Assembly (NCBI GenBank): GCA_964450885.1
Contig: CAYVFE010000001.1
Coordinates: forward strand, 374,572 to 438,571
Source: an uncultured Gammaproteobacteria bacterium
GTDB lineage: Bacteria; Patescibacteriota; Microgenomatia; Levybacterales; GWA1-39-11
Direction of reading: 5' to 3'
DNA length: 64,000 bases
Shown piece by piece: positions 57,648 through 64,000 of the stretch. The number at the start of each line of letters is the position of its first letter. Within the stretch, counting starts at the first letter, position 1. Below the pieces are notes generated by a model, which was not told the origin of the DNA, ran no database searches, and worked only from the letters and a program-made list of their open reading frames with translations. Both the position numbers and the translations under genes were made by a program.

Positions 57648-58418
57648 ATGAAAAATAGCCATGCGAGTATTTCACTAGTAATACCTGCTTACAAGCAGGA
57701 GAAAACTATCCAAAAAGATCTCACAAATATAGAGAATGTTCTGGATACATTAAAAATACAATACGAAATTATCGTAATAATAGATGGCAAATTCGATAAA
57801 ACATTTCAGAAAATTAAATCTTTGAGTCGCGATAAATTAAGCGTAGTACAGCTCGATAAAAATTATGGGAAGGGATATGCTGTCCGAAAAGGAGTAGAGA
57901 AAGCGAGTGGAGATATTATCGGATTTTTGGATGCAGGAATGGATATCGATCCAAATGGAATACAGATGCTTTTAAATCATATGGTGTGGTACGATGCGGA
58001 TATTATAGTTGGAAGCAAGCTTCATCCCGTTTCTCAAGTAGAATACCCCTTTTTTAGAAAAGTTTTATCGTGGGGTTATAGAACTTTTACCCACATACTT
58101 TTTGGTTTTAAGATTCGCGATACGCAGGTGGGTATGAAACTGTTTAAGAAAAAAACCGCAAAGGACGTTTTTAGCAGATCTTTGGTTAAGGATTTTGCCT
58201 TCGATGTAGAAGTATTAGCTCTTGCCTACACTCTGGGTTATAAGAAAATATACGAAGCTCCTATAAAGCTGGAGTTAAATAAAAAATCTTCAATATCTAC
58301 ATTAAATTTCTGGAAGATTGTATTAAAAATGTTTTGGGACACATTGGCGATTTATTACAGATTAAAGATCAGGCAATATTACAAAAATAGTAATAAGAAA
58401 AACTGGATTTCGGAATGA
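57648..58418 (+). CDS. GT2 polyprenol-phosphate sugar synthase-like (ALG5-like)
   Basis: IPAYKQE, GKGYAV, FLDAG, DTQVGMKLF and FAFDVEVL. Confidence 0.88.
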   Translation: MKNSHASISLVIPAYKQEKTIQKDLTNIENVLDTLKIQYEIIVIIDGKFDKTFQKIKSLSRDKLSVVQLDKNYGKGYAVRKGVEKASGDIIGFLDAGMDIDPNGIQMLLNHMVWYDADIIVGSKLHPVSQVEYPFFRKVLSWGYRTFTHILFGFKIRDTQVGMKLFKKKTAKDVFSRSLVKDFAFDVEVLALAYTLGYKKIYEAPIKLELNKKSSISTLNFWKIVLKMFWDTLAIYYRLKIRQYYKNSNKKNWISE

Positions 58419-59524
58419 ATATATTAATTCTAAACTGGAGGGATATTAAAAACCCTAAAGGTGGTGGTGCAGAGGTCCTCACGCATGAGATTGCAAAAGG
58501 GCTTGTAAAAAAGGGCAATAATGTAACTCAGTTCAGCTCTCTATTTAAAGGTGGAAAGAAAAAAGAAACTATAGACGGGGTAGAGGTTGTGCGTCGTGGT
58601 AGACCAGATGTAAGACATATTTTCTCATCAGTTCATTTTGAGGCATACAAATTCTATAAGAAAAATAAAGGAAAGTACGACCTGGTAATTGATGAAGTGC
58701 ATGGGGTGCCCTTCTTTACACCACTTTATGTAAAAGAGAAAAAGGTGGCTCTTATCTGTGAAGTTGCAGGGGGCATATGGGATATTACATTTAGTTTTCC
58801 TTTCAATCATCTGGGAAAGGCTATCGAGAAGATTTATCCACGATTTTATAGTGGCATTCAGGTTGTTACGATTTCTAATTCCTCAAAAGAAGCACTGGTA
58901 GATTTGGGCTTTGTTAAAGCGCTTGTAAGTGTAATCCCTTTAGGATGTAGCGTGCCGATAATTGAGAAAAAACCTAGTAAGAATAACAATAAAACTCTAA
59001 TTTTTGTTAGTAGGCTTACAAAGTCAAAAGGAATAGAGGATGCATTGAGGGCTGTACATATTCTAAAAGATAAGTATTCCGACATAAAGCTACTTATAAT
59101 TGGGCGAGGAGATGATGAATATGTCTCTACGCTTCGTGACTTGATAGAAAAATTAGGAATAAAGAATAATATTGAGTTTAAAGGGTTTGTTTCGGAAAAA
59201 AATAAATGGAAATTTTTGGAAGAGGCGCACATTCTGCTTGCTCCATCATCCAAAGAAGGGTGGGGGCTTACTATCCACGAAGCAGGTAGCAGAGGTACGC
59301 CCGCAATTGGATACAATGTAGAGGGGTTGCGTGATGTAATAGTGGATAATAAAAATGGTATTCTTTGTAGAAAGAATAACTTTAAGGAGCTCGCGGCAAA
59401 TGTCGATAAATTATTATCAGATAGCAAACTATACAAGAGGCTTCAAGATGGGTCGATTGAAGAGCGACGAAAGTTTTCATGGGATAGGACGAGAAGAGAA
59501 TTTATTGATATTATTAGTAGATAG
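58415..59524 (+). CDS. GT4 glycosyltransferase
   Basis: WRDIKNPKGGGAE, SRL..SKG and EGWGLTIHEA. Confidence 0.92.
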   Translation: MNILILNWRDIKNPKGGGAEVLTHEIAKGLVKKGNNVTQFSSLFKGGKKKETIDGVEVVRRGRPDVRHIFSSVHFEAYKFYKKNKGKYDLVIDEVHGVPFFTPLYVKEKKVALICEVAGGIWDITFSFPFNHLGKAIEKIYPRFYSGIQVVTISNSSKEALVDLGFVKALVSVIPLGCSVPIIEKKPSKNNNKTLIFVSRLTKSKGIEDALRAVHILKDKYSDIKLLIIGRGDDEYVSTLRDLIEKLGIKNNIEFKGFVSEKNKWKFLEEAHILLAPSSKEGWGLTIHEAGSRGTPAIGYNVEGLRDVIVDNKNGILCRKNNFKELAANVDKLLSDSKLYKRLQDGSIEERRKFSWDRTRREFIDIISR

Positions 59525-60841
59525 ATGCTGTTAATAAGAAAGAATTTTATCTGGATATTATTGGTTCTGGTTTTTTGTGTTGGTTTTTTTCTTCGGGATG
59601 ACAACATCAATACATGGCCGAGATTGGGCGCTACATTTGATGAATATGCGTGGACATGGCAGGGAATGAACTTAATTCAGACTGGTGTTCCCCAGTCCTG
59701 GTCTCCTCACCCACAGTATGAGGAATTTTATATTACTAAATATCACGATGCTTACTTTAGGGTAGTTACTCCATTTCTCGAGCATCCTCCTGTCTTTGGT
59801 TTGGTTGCTGGGTCTTTTGCGATACTAAGCGGAGTAGAGGATATGTATAGTCTTAGTATTTCGGATATAAGACCATTGGCGCTTGCCTTAGGTCTAGTCA
59901 GTATCGGGCTGGTTTTTCTGTTAACGAAAGAACTATATGACAAAAAAACGGCATTGATTGCCTCTGGTCTCTACGCAGTAATTCCTACTATTGTTGTTGG
60001 ATCAAGGATAGTTCAGAATGAAAACTTTTTTATTCCTGCATGGTTACTCTCTTTATATTTGATCGCAAGGTACATAAAGACCAAAAAAACTAAATATAGA
60101 AATATTGCCGCTATTATCTGTGGAATATTAGTTCTAGCAAAAATTCCCTGGATTGCTGCTGCAGGCTCTATATTTTTGATTCTTCTGTACCTCAAAAAAT
60201 ACAAAGATGCTACTCTCTTTGTTGTAGCACCTATTGTAGGACTTCTAGTTTTTGTCGCTTATGGTATTTATTATGATGCAGAGCTGTTTTTAAATTTGTG
60301 GGGACTTCAGATTGCCCGATATGACCTAGCATTTACCAGCTTTTTTGCCCTTTTTCAAAAACCATATCTGGTCGACAGATTTTTTCTAGATGGGTGGATC
60401 TATTTTGGGTGGTTTGCTTTCGTTCTATTATTAGTTGATTTCAAAAAACATTATTTGATTGTGCTAGCATTACTGTCTTATTTCGTGATTTTTGTAGCTG
60501 GTATCCCGGATGAGCCAGGACATGGGTGGTATAGATATCCATTTTATCCATTTCTGACTATTTCTTTAGCACTCTTTATAAAGGAATATTTTAATAAGAA
60601 TTACATTCTTACTTTTTTGTTTTTACTATTTGTAGGCTTATCTATGTTAGAGACTTCATGGACACATATATTCGGATTTTCATTTCTTTTATTTAGAGGA
60701 TTTATCGTATTGTGCGGATTATCGCTTTTGCCATTATTTTTCCCTAAAACAAGAAAAATATCCGGGTATATAAGCTATGCTACTTTAGCTATGATAATTG
60801 CTCTGAGTATGGTGTCGGTGTTGTTATATAATGAGCAATAA
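59525..60841 (+). CDS. GT-C glycosyltransferase (GT39/ArnT-like)
   Basis: FDEYAW, EHPP, SRIVQNEN, LAK and WYRYP; multi-TM. Confidence 0.8.
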   Translation: MLLIRKNFIWILLVLVFCVGFFLRDDNINTWPRLGATFDEYAWTWQGMNLIQTGVPQSWSPHPQYEEFYITKYHDAYFRVVTPFLEHPPVFGLVAGSFAILSGVEDMYSLSISDIRPLALALGLVSIGLVFLLTKELYDKKTALIASGLYAVIPTIVVGSRIVQNENFFIPAWLLSLYLIARYIKTKKTKYRNIAAIICGILVLAKIPWIAAAGSIFLILLYLKKYKDATLFVVAPIVGLLVFVAYGIYYDAELFLNLWGLQIARYDLAFTSFFALFQKPYLVDRFFLDGWIYFGWFAFVLLLVDFKKHYLIVLALLSYFVIFVAGIPDEPGHGWYRYPFYPFLTISLALFIKEYFNKNYILTFLFLLFVGLSMLETSWTHIFGFSFLLFRGFIVLCGLSLLPLFFPKTRKISGYISYATLAMIIALSMVSVLLYNEQ

Positions 60842-60861
60842 ATGATTTACTGTAAAATTAA

Positions 60862-61902
60862 ATGAATAAAGAAAACTCATCGAAATTATTGCCCACGGTT
60901 ACAATAATCATTATTACTTGGAATGTTGAAAGGACTATCGAGGGAGTACTGAAGACGATTGAGATGCAGGACTACCCTAAGAAATTAGTTGACATCCTAG
61001 TTGTTGATGGTAATTCAACTGATGATACTTTAAAGATACTGAGTAAAAAAAGGACAATTCCGCTGAGGGTTGTGCAAAGCGAATATCCAAAAGATCCAGA
61101 GGCTTGTAGAGGAGTAGGGTTAAGACATGCAAAGGGAGAGATAATCTGTTTTATAGATGCTGATAATTATCTACCAAATAAGGGTTGGTTAAGAAAAATG
61201 ATAAAACCTTTTATAAATCACGCTGAAATCGTTGGAACTGAAACGATAAGGTTTGGTTATAGAAGGAGTGATAACTATTTAAATAGATACTTTGCATTGA
61301 TTGGTTCTGCAGATCCCGTTGGTCTATATTTGGGCAAAGCAGACAAGTTATCTTATATTTCGGACAAATGGTCGATATATGGTAATGTCATATACAGCGA
61401 GAAGGATTATTTTCTGGTAACATTTAGCACTCACCAATTTCCCACCTTAGGATCCAATGGATTCTGTGCGAGGAGAAAATTGCTATTAAAGGCAAAATCG
61501 GACCCGACGAACTACTTCCATATAGATGTGCCGTTGGACTTAGCAGTCCTAGGATACTCTACATATGGCGTTGTGCGGGAAACGATAATACATGATACTG
61601 CCACAACCCTTTGGAGTTTCATAACGAAGAGAGCTAACTACATGAAGCTGCATTATCAGAGCAGAGCAGCTGACAGAAGGTATAGAGTCTTTGATCCATC
61701 AAGAACTGAAGATCTGGTAAGAATAGTTTTGTTTATATTCTTTTCACTTACTTTTATCCAGCCGTTGTATGTATCACTAAAGGGTTATATAAAAAAGCCA
61801 GATCCTGCTTGGTTCATACATCCCATATTTTGCTTTTCAATTATGTCAGTCTATTCGTATGCAGTATTAAAAAAGCTTACTTTCTCATATTTAAACAAAT
61901 GA
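60862..61902 (+). CDS. GT2 glycosyltransferase with C-terminal TM
   Basis: QDYP, VDGNSTD and FIDADN. Confidence 0.88.
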   Translation: MNKENSSKLLPTVTIIIITWNVERTIEGVLKTIEMQDYPKKLVDILVVDGNSTDDTLKILSKKRTIPLRVVQSEYPKDPEACRGVGLRHAKGEIICFIDADNYLPNKGWLRKMIKPFINHAEIVGTETIRFGYRRSDNYLNRYFALIGSADPVGLYLGKADKLSYISDKWSIYGNVIYSEKDYFLVTFSTHQFPTLGSNGFCARRKLLLKAKSDPTNYFHIDVPLDLAVLGYSTYGVVRETIIHDTATTLWSFITKRANYMKLHYQSRAADRRYRVFDPSRTEDLVRIVLFIFFSLTFIQPLYVSLKGYIKKPDPAWFIHPIFCFSIMSVYSYAVLKKLTFSYLNK

Positions 61903-63065
61903 TAAATCTGGTCAAATCAACATTCTTTAATGAAAGAGATACTAAAGAAAAGCTTAGTAAATTTATACTCAAATCAGAAAAGTTGAGTTTTGGAGAAGAA
62001 TGTGAAAAATTTGAAGTTAATTTTGCTAAATATCAGGGAAGGAAAAACTGTGTTTTCGTCAATAGTGGAAGTTCAGCAAACCTAGCATTAGTTCAGTCTT
62101 TGCTCAATTTGGGAAGGATTAAGAGAGGTGATAATATAGGTTTTTCTGCATTGACCTGGAGCACAAATGTAATGCCATTAATTCAGCTAAATCTTAATGC
62201 AATTCCTGTAGATGTGGAATTAGATACTCTAAATGTATCGAGCAAAAAATTACTGGATGTTCTTAAGACAACAAAGCTAAAGGTTATATTTTTAACAAAC
62301 GCTTTGGGTTTTTGTGATGATATAGATTTGATACGCGAGGTGTGTGATAAGCGAAAAATAATCCTACTTGAAGATAATTGTGAGTCTTTAGGAACTGTTT
62401 ATAAAGGTAAGAAGCTCGGAAATTTTGGTCTCGCTAGCACTTTCTCATTTTACGTGGGTCATCATATGTCCACCATAGAAGGAGGAGCTATATGTACCGA
62501 TGATGATGAGTTGGCTACGATGCTTAGGCTAGTTAGGGCCCATGGGTGGGACAGGAATCTTACATTTGCAAAGCAAGATGAGATTAGAAAAAAATATAAG
62601 ATTAACTCAACATTTTACTCCAGGTATACATTTTATGACTTGGGGTATAATTTTAGACCTACAGAGATAAATGGTTTCATCGGGAATATACAGCTGAGAT
62701 ATATAGAAAAGGTAAATAAAAGAAGGAACAAAAATTTCCTGGATATAGCAAAAAAAATTATTACTAATGATAACTATTACCTATTAAGACATTCACATAT
62801 AGACTTCGTATCTAATTTCTCGTTTCCTATTATCTGTAAGAATAAAGAAGTTCGAGATAAATTAGTAAAAAAATGTGATCAAGTGGTAGAAATTCGTCCT
62901 ATTATAGGAGGCGATATAACAAGTCAGCCCTTTTTTAAGAAATACATGAATGGGAAGTATCCAATTAAGAATGCTAATTTAGTTCATGAGCAGGGATTAT
63001 ATTTTGGAAATAATCCGGAATTAACGAAAGTAGAGATAGATATTATTACAAGCATCTTTGCATAG
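61899..63065 (+). CDS. DegT/DnrJ/EryC1/StrS-family PLP enzyme, ColD-like (His at the Schiff-base Lys position)
   Basis: VNSGSSANL, LEDNCESLG, FSFYVGHHMSTIEGG, AHGW.R and GYNFRP. Start at ATG 61899 (ATGA overlap). Confidence 0.85.
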   Translation: MINLVKSTFFNERDTKEKLSKFILKSEKLSFGEECEKFEVNFAKYQGRKNCVFVNSGSSANLALVQSLLNLGRIKRGDNIGFSALTWSTNVMPLIQLNLNAIPVDVELDTLNVSSKKLLDVLKTTKLKVIFLTNALGFCDDIDLIREVCDKRKIILLEDNCESLGTVYKGKKLGNFGLASTFSFYVGHHMSTIEGGAICTDDDELATMLRLVRAHGWDRNLTFAKQDEIRKKYKINSTFYSRYTFYDLGYNFRPTEINGFIGNIQLRYIEKVNKRRNKNFLDIAKKIITNDNYYLLRHSHIDFVSNFSFPIICKNKEVRDKLVKKCDQVVEIRPIIGGDITSQPFFKKYMNGKYPIKNANLVHEQGLYFGNNPELTKVEIDIITSIFA

Positions 63066-63769
63066 TGAAAAGAATTCTCGAAATCGGATGTGGTCAAGGG
63101 TTCAATACCTACATTCTCTCAAAGAAAGAAAATGGCAAAGTTATAGGCATAGATCTTTCTAGCGATGACATAAACATTGCTAAAAAGAGATATCCAAAGG
63201 TGAGTTTTAAAGTAATGAGTGCGCAAGATTTGAAATTTAAAAGTAAAAGCTTTGACATGGTTTACGCGATGGAAGTGCTTGAGCATGTTGACGATATCGG
63301 GAAAACGCTAGACGAAGTATCTAGAGTTCTGGATTCGTCTGGCAAATTTGTTGTGAGCATTCCCTTCTATAAGTCAGAAAAATGGCTTGCAAAGTTAAGA
63401 CCTACTTATTTTAAAGAAATACATCATGTAAGAGTTTTTAAGGAAGAAGAATTGGAGAATCTTTGCAAGAAACGGAAGCTGACATTAAAAAAGAAAAAAA
63501 GGGTCGGATTCCTCCAGCATATTGAATTGTTCTTTCTATTCAAAAGAAAGATTAAGTCTAAAACGCAATTAAGCATAGGGAGTTGGAGAGATAATATATA
63601 TACAAAAATGCTGCACGCTTGCATGTTATATTTTAGTCCTATTTCTTTGCAGACACCTTTAAGGCTTTTTCCTATATGGATAATTACCATACCTGCAGGA
63701 TACATTTTGGACAAGCTGGGGAGCAGAGTATTCCCTAAGTCTTTATATTATGAATTTGAGAAGAAATAA
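63065..63769 (+). CDS. Class I SAM-dependent methyltransferase
   Basis: ILEIGCGQG, GIDLS, FD.V...EVLEHV; GTG start overlapping the upstream stop. Confidence 0.9.
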   Translation: MKRILEIGCGQGFNTYILSKKENGKVIGIDLSSDDINIAKKRYPKVSFKVMSAQDLKFKSKSFDMVYAMEVLEHVDDIGKTLDEVSRVLDSSGKFVVSIPFYKSEKWLAKLRPTYFKEIHHVRVFKEEELENLCKKRKLTLKKKKRVGFLQHIELFFLFKRKIKSKTQLSIGSWRDNIYTKMLHACMLYFSPISLQTPLRLFPIWIITIPAGYILDKLGSRVFPKSLYYEFEKK

Positions 63770-64000
63770 CGATTTAGTTTCAGCAATTATTGTTAACTGG
63801 AATGGTAAACAGTGGTTAAGTAAATGCCTAAAATCTTTAGAGGAACAAACATATAAAAATATAGAAATTATAGTTGTTGATAATGCTTCAGTTGATGATT
63901 CAGAAGGATACATAAATAAGGAATTCCCTAAGGTGAAAGTAATTAGATCTAAGACAAACTTGGGGTTTCCAACAGCAAACAATGTTGGTGTAAGTTCAGC
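63750..64000 (+). CDS. GT2 glycosyltransferase (3'-truncated; not in the ORF track)
   Basis: Manual translation: MNLRRNNDLVSAIIVNWNGKQWLSKCLKSLEEQTYKNIEIIVVDNASVDDS...NLGFPTANN. Confidence 0.88.
   Translation, partial: MNLRRNNDLVSAIIVNWNGKQWLSKCLKSLEEQTYKNIEIIVVDNASVDDSEGYINKEFPKVKVIRSKTNLGFPTANNVGVSS

Noticed and set aside
1-64000. CRISPR arrays, IS elements, prophage, defence systems, rRNA or stop-codon reassignment
   Set aside because: No repeat-spacer arrays and no transposase, integrase, phage or defence motifs were seen. Genes are full length under code 11, with TGA used as a stop.
24330-64000. Many short (60-190 aa) antisense or alternate-frame ORFs within the glycan genes
   Set aside because: They are fully nested in well-supported CDSs and lack motifs, so they are treated as shadow ORFs.

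Overview
A 64-kb, AT-rich, gene-dense bacterial chromosomal segment in the standard code. Gene repertoire and promoter style suggest a Patescibacteria (CPR), Microgenomates-like genome; this is an inference, not a marker-gene call. The first ~24 kb hold housekeeping and small accessory genes: secF, YqeY, a CCA-adding enzyme, recJ, an archaeal-type AspRS, a D,D-carboxypeptidase, a shortened GluRS, PAP2 plus DgkA, SemiSWEET, an RRM protein, a DEAD-box helicase, an HxlR/LUD pair, a multidomain LysM/FN3 surface protein, tRNA-Gln(CTG), lon, an ATP-grasp ligase and tRNA-Glu(CTC). The remaining ~40 kb (24330 to the window end) is a co-oriented glycosylation locus. It has 12 GT-C-type membrane glycosyltransferases, 11 GT2, 3 GT4, 2 flippases, galE, a ColD-like enzyme and a methyltransferase. 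The main signals the ORF track does not show are: (1) a complete attenuator-like leader (consensus promoter, 17-aa uORF, mutually exclusive antiterminator and terminator hairpins) in front of an orphan repeat protein at 4383-4932; (2) a hidden DUF3467-like gene that seems to start at ATA behind a perfect Shine-Dalgarno; (3) pervasive leaderless gene starts; (4) a CIRCE-like operator on tandem lon promoters; and (5) a triple 17-bp-period operator between hxlR and the LUD gene. No CRISPR array, rRNA, integrase or transposase was recognised. Family assignments come from motif recognition only; no database searches were run.
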